DNA of 62,396 nucleotides, the filler included, from Dugesia japonica (lineage: Eukaryota): the NCBI GenBank assembly GCA_001938525.1. It is 6 parts of 6 records of this genome, joined end to end, with 100 filler letters (N's around TTAATTAATTAA, not from the genome) between each part and the next. Parts side by side here need not be neighbours in the genome. Positions count along the whole stretch, not along the records: positions 29,379 to 42,083 come from MQRL01613772.1; positions 42,184 to 50,471 come from MQRL01602140.1; 4 more parts are not named here. One strand, given 5' to 3'. Shown in pieces: positions 37,312-48,955 of this stretch. The position numbers and the translations under genes are program-made. Positions within the stretch are counted from its first letter, which is position 1. Each line of letters opens with the position of its first letter. The notes under the pieces were generated by a model. That model saw nothing but the letters and a program-made list of their open reading frames with translations, was not told the DNA's origin and did not search any database.

Positions 37312-40300
37312 ATGACAACAGAATATTTTGATGCAGCAAATTCAGTATGTTCTAATTCGTTTGAGTCCATTAAGAGAAGACGGCTGTTATCAGATGATTT
37401 TAAGAACAGCGACTTAGACGGAGAAAATCTTATGGATTATTCAGGCGATAATTTTCCGTCAGAAATATCTGCGAAAGCATCTTCCAGTTCAATTCATGAA
37501 TCTATTACAAATATGTCTAACTCACATTCTACACCAGAAGACACATTTTCTGAAATTACACTAGCATCTCCAACCTCAAAACAGTGTAAACCAGATTCTG
37601 ATATAAAGGATTATGAACCGTCTAGAGAACAGTATTTGTTAAATACCAGCAATGATGCAGTTGGTAATATAAACTGCAATGAACTAACAAAACATATACC
37701 AACTTCTTCCAATAATCTTAAAAGTATTGATGATACAATTGAACTAGTTCTTTCAAAAATTAGAGAAGAAAATAATTTTTCTAAAAACTTTGATTTTGGT
37801 GATGCGTGTTATAAAGTTAAGTCCGATAATTCTAGTTTTATTAATTCTAATGATATATCGAATTGTGCTTCCAATGTTAATTTACAAAGTAATATTTCCA
37901 CAACACGTGTCTCAGTAGCAGCAGGGTCCATGGGTTCTGACAATATATCATATATAAAAGGAAATGTATCATGTCAAAATTCTAATATTCCTGCTTATAA
38001 TATCCCTAATTATTCTAAGCCGTATTCTCAGTTTTACAATTATAATTATGGAATTTCATCTCAGATGGCAGCAAGTTTTCCAAATCAGATTACTGCTCCT
38101 AACTATACAGAATATAATAAAATGGATTATTCTCGCTCAAATTACCTCAAAGAAAATGATAAAAATAAATTCTATTATCCTTTTCAATGTCAAAATCCTC
38201 AATTTAGACAATATCTTCCTAATTCGTATATAAACCAACAGTTTTATAAGTCGGATTCACAGAATATACCAGTCCACAATCCAGCCTATCAAATGTTTCA
38301 GAAATCAATGAAACGGAATTATTTTGATCAGATGTATAATGATGATGATAACCTTTTATGTAAAGATGGCTCAAAAAATTCTAATTATTATTTTAAAACA
38401 CCTCAGCCTAATACTTGCGGCTTAATGGAACAAGGTAATTCTAGTCGTAAGAAACGCACAAGTTCTGATTCTAATAAATTAACTCCGACCAAAAAACGGA
38501 AACTTACGAATCAATTTTCTTCAGCTAATAACTATGATGAATTAATCAAAAAATTAAAAATTTCAAATTACAATTTATTATTAATGAATCCAGCCATAAC
38601 TCAATCAGTTAGTATCCTATCGCCAAAAGGATTTGTTGATAGTTCTGGTAAATTTGGATTTGCTAAAAAATTTGCGCGTTATAAAAAGTATAGGTCTAGT
38701 TTGTATAAAATAAAAAAGCCTAAAACGTTCAGTGATTTTTCTCAAGAAGATCGATATTTATCTCATTATTTAGATGAAAACATGACAGGAAATTGTATAT
38801 TGTCTCAAAAAAGAAATTTAGAATGTGATGATTTTTCAGATATTATTTGTGGTTCTCCTGAAAATGAAAAAATACAAACTCGTACTGATAATTTTTACTT
38901 TCAACATTTATTAACAGATAATATCGATTGTGATCCAAGAAGTCCAGAGTTAATAAGCTCGTTCTCTAAAAACAAAGCTGTTCAAAATGTAAAAACTGAG
39001 TTAATCGAACCAAAAATTGAAGGAATGGTATATTCTAAATATCACATCACTCCAATTGTATCATATTCAGAAAACGAAACCAAACTAATTACGGAATTAC
39101 ATCCAACTAAATCACAGGAGTTAAACAGGAGTTATATTCAATTATCCGGTAGTTTTTTGAAACGCACGAAAATCAATGGGAAATCATTTTCTAATATCCA
39201 TATTGAAGAAGCTGTTAGTATAGCTTCATTATCGGCATCGAAAAATCAAAATTCCTGTTATTATTGTTACTCTCTACTTAGCAGTGTTTCATGTATTAGA
39301 AAAAACAGTAAATTATTTGGAATTGATTCTTCTGATGAGTTATTATTTTGCAGCAGTAGTTGTTATTCTAATTTTAAGTCTTGTAATTTAACCGATTGTA
39401 ATTCCGATAAAAAATCAACGAATAACAATATCACCTCGAACACTATTCAGTGTACTAAAGTATTAATTAAAACAACTCCTTATAAACCACCTAAAAATTA
39501 TAAAAAAGTGTGTGACTTTGAACAATATGTTCGTAGAAGGTTTCCCAGTGAAGGTCAAGGAGATAATTCATCAAAACCTGTAGTTCCAATAAATGATTCG
39601 ATTAAAAAACGATTGATTGGTTTAAATTATTGTTATTTTAAAAATGAATCATTGAAAACTATTTTTAAAGAAATTGAAAAAACCGATCAGAATTTATTAT
39701 TAAAAAAGTATTCTTGTTCATATAGAAAACCAGATTTAATCGATAATCGATTATGTATATTATGCAAAAATATTGGCGATAATGATGAAGATATTTGCGG
39801 TAGATTAATCAATATCGATGCGGATAATTGGGTTCATTTGAATTGTGCATTATGGTGTTTTGAAGTGTTTGAAACCGTTAGTGGATCTTTAATGGAAGTC
39901 GAATCGTCATTACAAAAAGCTATTAAAACGTTTTGTTCATTTTGCAACAATCCTGGTGCTGGAATTCAATGTTATCGGAGTAAATGTAGTTGTGTTTATC
40001 ATGTGCCTTGTGCATATAAAATTGGATGTATATTCTATACCGATCGTGGTATGTATTGTCCGAATCATGTCGTTCTAAATCATCCTATGCATTTACCATC
40101 GTTACGAGCTGAACGTCGAGTAAATATTCTCCGAGATGAAAGTGCACTTATCGCAGGAATGGTGACAGAAGATCAGGACGTGAAAATCAAATTTCGTACT
40201 GGTTCATTAACACTAAACAATATCGGTCAATTGCTTCCGGAACAATTGATTAGTGGAAATTACAATTCCTGTTCAATCATTTATCCAGTCGGTTATCATT

Positions 40301-41304
40301 CGACTCGGATTTATTGGTCATCGACTCAAATCAATAAACGTTGTAAATACGAATGTTTCATTGATGAGTCAGATGATATGCCTTTGTTTAAAGTGAAATT
40401 TATCGATAACGGCTGTGAAAATATGCTAACTGATAAATGTTGTGATAAAGTTTGGAAAATCATTTTAAATAAAATCGCTAAACTCCGCCAAGATTCCGGT
40501 TTGACGAGATTGTTTCCAGTTTATTTATCTGGTGAACAATTATACGGATTAACTGAACCGCAAATCATTCGTGTTATCGAATCTCTGCCTGGTGTGGAAA
40601 TGATTAAAAATTATGCTTTCAAATTCGGAAAAATGCAACTGATTACTGAAATGCCTTTAGCTATTAATCCGACAGGTTCCGCCAGAACCGAACCAAAACT
40701 CAGAACGTATGTTCGTCGATCGAAAGATTATCAAGAGAAATCGACAAAATGTGGAATTTTGAAAGCGAAACCGATTTATCAGCCAATAATTTATGAAACT
40801 ATCAATTTGAACAAAACTACTGCATTACTTAATTCCAGAACACAACAGTATAAACGATTGAAATACGAATGGAGAAATAATGTGATTTTATCCCGATCTA
40901 AAATTCAAGGTCTTGGATTATTTGCAGCTAAAGATTTCGAAAAATCAACGATGATTATTGAATATATCGGAGAAATAATACGAAACGAAGTTGGAAATAG
41001 TCGGGAAAAACTCTATCAAGCGAGAAATAACAGCATATACATGTTTAGATTGAATGAGGATTTAATTATCGATGCTACTGTTAATGGAGGATTGGCGAGA
41101 TATATCAATCATTCTTGTAATCCGAATTGTGTTGCCGAAACATTATCATTCGATTGTGGAAGTCGTATTATTATAACAACAAGACAACTTATTGAGCGGG
41201 GCGAAGAATTGACTTATGATTATAAATTCGATTTCGAAGATAATAAAGCTGATCGAATTCCCTGTTTGTGTGGGTCGATTAATTGTCGGAAATGGATGAA
41301 TTGA
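37312..41304 (+). CDS. trr: Trithorax-related H3K4 methyltransferase (C-terminal half of KMT2C/D, MLL3/4), 1330 aa, uninterrupted ORF
   Basis: Extended PHD (GRL....DNWVHLNCALW..EV.E), FYRN (IYPVGY..TRIYWS), FYRC, WIN motif NPTGSARTEP, SET (SKIQGLGLF, RYINHSCNPNC, GEELTYDY) and post-SET CLCGSINCRKWMN. Confidence 0.96.
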   Translation: MTTEYFDAANSVCSNSFESIKRRRLLSDDFKNSDLDGENLMDYSGDNFPSEISAKASSSSIHESITNMSNSHSTPEDTFSEITLASPTSKQCKPDSDIKDYEPSREQYLLNTSNDAVGNINCNELTKHIPTSSNNLKSIDDTIELVLSKIREENNFSKNFDFGDACYKVKSDNSSFINSNDISNCASNVNLQSNISTTRVSVAAGSMGSDNISYIKGNVSCQNSNIPAYNIPNYSKPYSQFYNYNYGISSQMAASFPNQITAPNYTEYNKMDYSRSNYLKENDKNKFYYPFQCQNPQFRQYLPNSYINQQFYKSDSQNIPVHNPAYQMFQKSMKRNYFDQMYNDDDNLLCKDGSKNSNYYFKTPQPNTCGLMEQGNSSRKKRTSSDSNKLTPTKKRKLTNQFSSANNYDELIKKLKISNYNLLLMNPAITQSVSILSPKGFVDSSGKFGFAKKFARYKKYRSSLYKIKKPKTFSDFSQEDRYLSHYLDENMTGNCILSQKRNLECDDFSDIICGSPENEKIQTRTDNFYFQHLLTDNIDCDPRSPELISSFSKNKAVQNVKTELIEPKIEGMVYSKYHITPIVSYSENETKLITELHPTKSQELNRSYIQLSGSFLKRTKINGKSFSNIHIEEAVSIASLSASKNQNSCYYCYSLLSSVSCIRKNSKLFGIDSSDELLFCSSSCYSNFKSCNLTDCNSDKKSTNNNITSNTIQCTKVLIKTTPYKPPKNYKKVCDFEQYVRRRFPSEGQGDNSSKPVVPINDSIKKRLIGLNYCYFKNESLKTIFKEIEKTDQNLLLKKYSCSYRKPDLIDNRLCILCKNIGDNDEDICGRLINIDADNWVHLNCALWCFEVFETVSGSLMEVESSLQKAIKTFCSFCNNPGAGIQCYRSKCSCVYHVPCAYKIGCIFYTDRGMYCPNHVVLNHPMHLPSLRAERRVNILRDESALIAGMVTEDQDVKIKFRTGSLTLNNIGQLLPEQLISGNYNSCSIIYPVGYHSTRIYWSSTQINKRCKYECFIDESDDMPLFKVKFIDNGCENMLTDKCCDKVWKIILNKIAKLRQDSGLTRLFPVYLSGEQLYGLTEPQIIRVIESLPGVEMIKNYAFKFGKMQLITEMPLAINPTGSARTEPKLRTYVRRSKDYQEKSTKCGILKAKPIYQPIIYETINLNKTTALLNSRTQQYKRLKYEWRNNVILSRSKIQGLGLFAAKDFEKSTMIIEYIGEIIRNEVGNSREKLYQARNNSIYMFRLNEDLIIDATVNGGLARYINHSCNPNCVAETLSFDCGSRIIITTRQLIERGEELTYDYKFDFEDNKADRIPCLCGSINCRKWMN

Positions 41305-42612
41305 TTGATTATTGTCGAAATTTACTTTTCTCGATCTATTTCTTTGACTTTCAAGATTCCTTTTTAACACATTGTAAATCTTGTGCATATTTTGTCTATT
41401 TGTAAAATAAGAATTTGTAAATTATTTTGTTAATTTGTAGATGTTACTTTCAAAATTACGTTATATGTGATTAATTGTTATGTTTTACAACTTTTTTTCA
41501 CGATTGTATCATAGTTTAATACATAATTTCTATCATTTTTAATTTGTACCGGAGCATAATCAAGCTAATGATAAATATAAATTCGGAGATGAATTGTTTA
41601 ATTTATTTTGTTATTTTAAAATGCTGTGATAAAAATTGAGATGGTATAACTTAATATACCAGTTTAATTTACATTTCTATTAACACTGAATTTCATGTAA
41701 TACAAACCTTTATCGATATATTTAGGTGTGTGCGTTGAAAGAGAGCCTTACAATTTACAAGGAAATTACATTCAAATTAATAACCATCAGTAGCTATGAC
41801 TTTCATCTATGAGAAAATAATCTACATTTTTCAATCTCTTCCAAGGATTGGAAATGGTACGTATTTTCTTTCGCCAATGCTTCCAGTTTTTNNNNNNNNN
41901 NNNNNNNNNNNNNNNNNNNNNNNNNNNNNNNNNNNNNNNNNNNNNNNNNNNNNNNNNNNNNNTCAAACCATTGTCGCTGTAAGTCGCTACTAGTATTCTG
42001 TGAGTTTCGGCTTATTTGGTATATACTTCTGAATCTTAAACTACCAAAAAGCATTGTTATATTAGAGATATTAGAACATTTTTNNNNNNNNNNNNNNNNN
42101 NNNNNNNNNNNNNNNNNNNNNNNNNNNTTAATTAATTAANNNNNNNNNNNNNNNNNNNNNNNNNNNNNNNNNNNNNNNNNNNNTAAATTATACGTAATCA
42201 GTTAATTTTGACACGAATGACCTTGTTTAAATATTATTATTCATTTTACTAGCACGTTCTTGTTTATTGTGTCAAATACGAAAATAGAGTTCTCACCTTA
42301 TGGTTAGAAACATAAATCAGCAGATATAAATTACTTTGACTAATACTCAATAATGAAAGTACTTATAATAGAATATTAATTAATTGCATGTGCATTCAAG
42401 TGTTGTTGATACATTTTACCAGCGAAATCTCTAACTGATATTATTATTTTAATATTTTAAGCGACACTAATTCCTAATTTTTTTAAAATAATAAAATTTA
42501 GTACTAAAATAAATTTTCTAGAATGCTTTGCGATTATAATAAAATTAATTTTTCGGTTTTCAAAATTTTAATCTGTAAAATAATCGGTTTTACAGAGAAT
42601 CCATTTCTCAGT

Positions 42613-42925
42613 TAATTGGCGGTCATAAAGTATGTCACGCTATTTTTTACAATTTTTTCCTTCTCCCTTATCACAATTCTTGGACCCTTGTTGAAAGTAC
42701 GTTATACTCTGGAACTAAAAAATTTTTTTATAAATTAACTATTTATTAAAAAAAAATCTAAAACACAATACGCTAGTGACTTATTCTGTCAGAATACGTC
42801 CATCACAACAGAAAGTTAAACATCACTGTCAATATCAGGTTTTACATGTATGATAAAATAATTAAAATGTGTGACGTAACGTGCGATTTTTACCCTCTCT
42901 CCCCCTTGTCACAAACTTTCACATT
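42613..42925 (+). mobile_element. Non-autonomous DNA transposon remnant (Harbinger-like end)
   Basis: TTAA.TGGCGGTCATAAAGTATGTCACGC start and CCC..TGTCACA / GTGACGT motifs typical of invertebrate MITEs; family assignment is tentative. Confidence 0.4.
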
Positions 42926-45621
42926 TAGATATATAATTAAATGTGTTAGTAAAGGGTACTAANCAATACGATTTGTTAGAAAAATTATCATTTTTTCATT
43001 TCACCTGATATAAACAATAGATTAAACTGCAAATTAAGTTTGTGCGAAATTTTGGAATTGGTTTTCTTTATAATGGAAATTTCCATGAACACAATTCTGC
43101 CTCATATTCTAAAGTCTAGTGTTTAATGTAACTGACTGGAGACGCTATGCTATGCAGAAATGTTGACCTCATTCTAATATAGTACCAATTTTTTAAATTA
43201 TTAAACATTCCAATTAATATTTTTCGAATTATAATTAATCAAATATATTTTAATAATAATGGCAAATTTTTAATAATTACTTTATTTATTTTTAATTTCT
43301 ACTCTTAATTTTTTATTTAATTATAATTTAATTAATTAATTGAATTATATTTTTTTAATTATCTCACCTTTATTTTTTAAAAGGTTTCAGACATATTTTT
43401 TTTCGTTAGACACTTTATTTATAAAATTTGTTTGATTATTATTCTTTTGTGTGTTAAATTATTTATTCAATAAGATTTTTAATCTTGTTTAATATCAGAG
43501 ATAATTTCATATGGTCAGATCATTTATGTGAAACAGTAAAATGCCAAATTTGCAGTTTTTTTTAATTCTAAAGCATGATTTTAAAACANTTATATCAGTG
43601 TTGTCCAAAATTTGTGAATCCACGTAACCCATGAAAAAATTTTCATCGTAGCTGACCCCTCCCTTCTCCCAGAGTTAAAACATTAAATGCGATTAGTAAT
43701 ATTTATTCAGGTACATTTTTGAAGACTAATAACTTTTATTATAATACTAGTGTAANNNNNNNNNNNNNNNNNNNNNNNNNNNNNNNNNNNNNNNNNNNNN
43801 NNNNNNNNNNNNNNNNNNNNNNNNNNNNNNNNNNNNNNNNNNNNNNNNNNNNTATCGAATTAATCTCAAAAACCAAAAAAACAAATTTTGATCGAAGCTT
43901 TTGTTTTAAATGAATTCAAAAAAATAAAAATTTAGATAATTAATCAATTTGGTCAGGCAAATATATACTATTTATATAAATTATTCAAACTTGAATATAG
44001 ATTGGAGCAAATAATAAGTACATATTTGTGTTGGTCATACTATTTGGTAATATCCGTTAGTATTGTAAGAGTAATTCATATATGATACATATCTGGGAAA
44101 TTTTTTTGGTTTAAATAATTTGGTATGTTATATTGTATCATATTAAAATTATTTTTAGAAATATTTTCAGAAATTATTTAGAATATTTTATAGTAAAAAA
44201 GTATATTAGAGATTTTCGAAATAGAAGACATGTTTTCAAAGTTTTTTGAAAATTTAATTTAAATAATTGTTATATATTGTATTATATTGAAAATTATTTT
44301 GAATAATTTAAATTGAAAAATTATTTTGAATAAGAATATTTTTCAAATTATAGTAAGAATATTTTTTTGAAATATTTGTAGTAAGAAATATAGAATTTTA
44401 GTTTTCTTTGTTTTAAGTTGTAAATTCTGTATTTATATAAACCATTTTTCATAAGTTTTATAGCAAACTGGAAACAAAATGCTAATAATTAAAAATATGT
44501 ATTAATTTTACGTCTCAGTTAAGTCAATTTCGATAAATGAACTTGTTCTTGTGATATTGAGTTATAGATAGTTTGTGTGAGATTGTTTTAATGTTGATTA
44601 ACTTCATAATTAAATAAATTTTTATTTTAATTACTCAGGAGATATAAATAAGAAAAATACTACTTTATTGTTAAGTTTTATTTCAATAGTAATGATAGTC
44701 AGGGCTGGAACAGAATCTAAAATAAATTTAATGTAAGGAAGTATTAAAATAGGCAACTCAAAACATAAAATGAATTAATAATCAAGAAAATGATAATCTA
44801 ATAGGAAATAAGTCAACGGGAAAATGTAATAATTAATTTCATAAAATCTAGATAATCACTAATTAACGAAAGGGAAAAATTAATTATTTTACAATAAATG
44901 AATTATTATGGCGGATGTCATAATGTTTCGACGATTTTTTAATTAAAAAATATTTCTGTAACAAATATTAGAAATTTAGAGATAATTTCTATCATTTCTT
45001 TTAATCAAGTAATATTTTTAACAATAGTCAATAACGTTTCAATATTTAAATTAACTCAATCGTTTCATATTTTTCTAAATCTGATTTTTTTCATCACAAT
45101 ATGCTTACTAAGAGTAACATAAAATTTTCCCAGAGATTTGATCAATTATTTATTGTTTGACATATAGAAATCCCAGTGACTTCAAGTTGGTCTAAAGTGC
45201 GATAAAGCTCACTTTTCTGATTCGATTAGATCATAGTTCCTATAAATTATAAAATTTGCGTTTCATCATCATTCATAACGTTCCACTGTGCTTACCGTTA
45301 ATCATTTTGAACATATTATAAAATAATTTCTTCTGAAAAGATATCAACGTAAGTAAAAATTGTAGTAATTTTGTTCTTAGCAAGAACTCCTAGAATTTCG
45401 ATATAATTAAACGCTAAAACAAACCGCACGTCCTGAATTCTCTATTTATGATAATTCTGCACTTCTAAATCTGGCCACCTTAATTATTAGGAACTTTTTT
45501 ATTTTATGGTGCGGATATTATAATTTTATTTCATTTCATAAAGATAACGTGTAAGTTATTTGTATTTATGTTATCAGAATCAAAACAAATAATCTTTTTA
45601 ACATAAGGTATATTCTATACG

Positions 45622-46361
45622 TCAGTGTTTATGAAAGGAGGTCCTGTGGTCCCTAAAGTTGTGAGGTGCTACTACAAAAAAATTACAAATTGAGGGCTAC
45701 AGTAGATAAGAAGGGAGCTACAGAAATAATTTGTATAGAAATGAGATTTTGTTGTTTAATATGTTTGAAGATTAAATTAACGGTTAATGAAGTATTTAGT
45801 TAAAAATATACGATTACTTTTGATTAAAATTTTTGAAATTTGTCTGCCGTTTACTATGTTAAATTATTTAGTTTGTTTAAATATTAAATCTCAAAAAGAA
45901 AATTTTCAAACAGCGTTCTTAACTAAGTAATTTTATTACTTATCTTGGGTTTCGAGGTTTTATTTAACTCTTCCTCTATTTAATTATTCACGTTTTATTT
46001 GACCGTGTCTCATACACTGTTATCATCTACCTCATGTTCATGTGGGTTTTTGCGGTAACCCATCTTAAGAAAAATCTCTAAATACTATACTCAGATTTAT
46101 GATTTCAACTTCAAATAAAAGCATGATTTCGACGATACACTGTATATTTATTTCAGTAAAAACCAAGGTCGAAAAATATTGTTAGATCTTGTGGGGAGAA
46201 ATAACAATTTAATATTTATTAAATCTGACTTACACTACCGTCCTGATAAGTTGTGAATGGTGGGCCTAAATTTCCTCACCACACGTGTTAACTCAAGATG
46301 TGTATTTTAATAAGTGATTTTATAACAGAACACAGATAATATATCAGTGTTTGAACCACTG
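45622..46361. mobile_element. hAT-like MITE remnant
   Basis: CAGTGTTTATGAAA...TTTGAACCACTG ends and repeated GCTAC sub-terminal motifs; no clear TSD. Confidence 0.4.
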
Positions 46362-46681
46362 TAATATTATCTAATAAAAATTTAAGTGATTTAAAATCGA
46401 AACAAATAATAATCTAAACAGATTTATATTTGTACTACAAATCCAAATATGACCTTTTAACTTTATGAATTTTTCTACTGCTAAGATTTAGATAAAAATT
46501 TATGTGTGTAAAAAAACTGATTTTGCAATCAGTATATATACAAATTTTTTGTTTGCGATTAGTTATCAGAATTCTAGAATAAACAAAACATTTACTGAAA
46601 TGGTAATTTTTATTTATTTAATTTAGAAATCAAAATTTCTCTTAATCTAGAATAAATAAATAAAATTTATATTGAAATTTA

Positions 46682-47800
46682 CGTTACTAAATTTAGTAAT
46701 TAATTTTAAGAAAAGTTTTTTTTATTATTTAACCTTGAGTAATTTAATAAATTGACAAATTAAAACAAATACAAATAGAAATTTTATGAATTAAATTACT
46801 AAATTAAATAAATTAATATAAGCTTAGTTTACAACCCTAACATATCATCCCCCCAAAAATATGTTTTTGTCCCAAAAAATAAAATATTTAAGTCATTCAT
46901 ATACATAAAATAAAATTCATAACATCAACAAAATTTGATCACTAAAATAAAATGTAAATGATTGTTAATATACACCACATAATAATGTCTAATAACAAGA
47001 TAATGGCGAACGGTAGTAGCTGAATACAGCTATAGTTCCCATTTTGGACTGAATTGTTGATTGGAATGATTGTGGATTGGAATGGCAACAATAAAGAACG
47101 AGAGTAGCTAGAAACGCTAGGGTTCTTATCGTGCTTCGATTGCAGATAGAGTAGAGTGGTAGTAGCCAGAAACGCTATGACTCTCTCTATTTGAATGTCC
47201 ATTTATTTCTTACTGGTACTCAGATCAGATTGACCAGGGCTTGGACCCGATTATGAAGATTTCTTTTTCTTTGGCCTAGATGGTGGAACGTGAGGCAACG
47301 TTTTCGGATTTGGGATTATTTATGGACGTTTCTTTGATATAGGTTTAGTCGTAAGATACTATCCTGTGGTTCGTACATTCTCCCAATATACCGATTTGAA
47401 TTGCTGATACCAACACTGCATAGAATAGGTATGATTAGCTCTTAAATTTGTGATATTAATCTCCTTGTTTTTATACCCCATGATATAATCTGTTCCTTTT
47501 CCCTCGAAAATAAATGTTCTGTAATATTGAAATTTTGAATCGACTGTTGTTTGAATAGAAAACATGTGATACCATCTTCGTAGTATCATTTTCTCCATAG
47601 GTACTGCTTTTGGCTCGAATATCTCTGGCTTTTTTATGCTCGTTAAGCAACTGAGTATGGTTATAAACATGCCAGTGATAATCGTTATCCTATTTCGAAT
47701 AGGATACCTATTTCCTTTCAAATCTTGTTTGGTTAGATCTTTTCTTTTATCTTATTTTTGCATCTCTTTCTTTTCTTCCTCGCCAGGATAGTACTTGTTA
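46682..47800 (-). mobile_element. 3' end of an LTR retrotransposon with a membrane-protein (env-position) ORF
   Basis: One frame 47790-46942 with stops: RYPIRNR, hydrophobic leader, FN3-like ITNLRANHTY, P/S/T stalk and C-terminal TM; then PPT GGGGGGATGA and LTR start TGTTAGGG at 46842. Confidence 0.65.
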
Positions 47801-47849
47801 CATCTATTTATTTAAACATAATTTTAATACCAAATTTGTTTCTGATAAT

Positions 47850-48955
47850 TCTTTGAGAGATATGATGGTAACAACGATAAAATATGGATGCTCGGAAGCA
47901 AGCTGAGACAAATTACTACCAAGAATACAATTTGCTATGAATACGACCCAACAGAAATCATCTGGATTGTCTCTTTTTGAAATCATCTTTGGAAGAAGGA
48001 TAGTTTTACATGGGTTACTGCAGCAAGAAAGTTCAGATCATAAAAAAATGAAGGAAGTAGTAGATGGAAACTTACATGATGAGGCTAGAAAGTTAAGCAA
48101 ATATGAATTTGACAGATGAACATATAGACAATTTAATGAAGGGAAGAAGTATTGGTACAGGTGGATCCAGACAAGCTGAATAAAGACGGTTTAAAATATG
48201 AAGGTCCATATAAAATAGTTAAATTCATAAGCTCACACCAGGTGCATTTAGACTTTAGAGGTAAACTCAAACCCATAAGATTGGAATGGCTGAAGAAGAT
48301 TGAAACTTAAAATTAGAAAAGAGAGTAGTTGTATATCAGTTATAAATTGATATAAAAACTTTGTTTAAATATTATCAGTTTAGTAATTATTATTTGAATT
48401 TTAGTAAATAATTATTATGGAAGAATCTTGTGTTCTAACTATAAACAATCCAGAAATTGAATTATTTATCTTTTATGCAAATGGCAGGAAGAATCACTGG
48501 AAGAAAACGGATGGTCATTCAACAGCAATCCAGCAAATACGATATTGAACCTTTTGTATTTGCTGGGACTCGAGGGAACTGATACAGAGCCTTGGTGGAT
48601 CCCCAATGACAAAATATAACAACAGAAAGAAATGCCCAGGAGTTACAGGAATAAATTATAAATCGGGAACAAAGACATAAAGAGAGCCTGCAGAAGTTAT
48701 CTAATGGCAAACCGAGATTGAGAGTTAATGTTCACGACAACATCTGAGACAGCAGGCATAACTGACGGAAAAAGCAAAGGCCATGACTCTGGAGCAGCAG
48801 AAAAATAAGAAATAGTCGAATAAATTAATGTCACGAATCGATATTACCTTACAACAAATCTTACGGCCGATAGAAGAAGATAATGTAAAAAGAACTGATG
48901 TATAAACTAATTGATATTAGGAACCAATACAATTTCTTCCAAATTTTGTGTAACT
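47850..48955 (+). mobile_element. Ty3/Gypsy integrase C-terminus and probable 3' LTR (48327-~48955)
   Basis: LLPRIQFAMNTTQQKSSGLSLFEIIFGR and KYEGPYKIVKFISSHQV..RLEWLKK are homologous to 20280-20680; purine tract then AGTT...TAACT. Confidence 0.8.

Noticed and set aside
37964-38233. Alternative-frame and antisense ORFs overlapping trr (also 41146-41388)
   Set aside because: No recognisable motifs; shadows of the main ORF.
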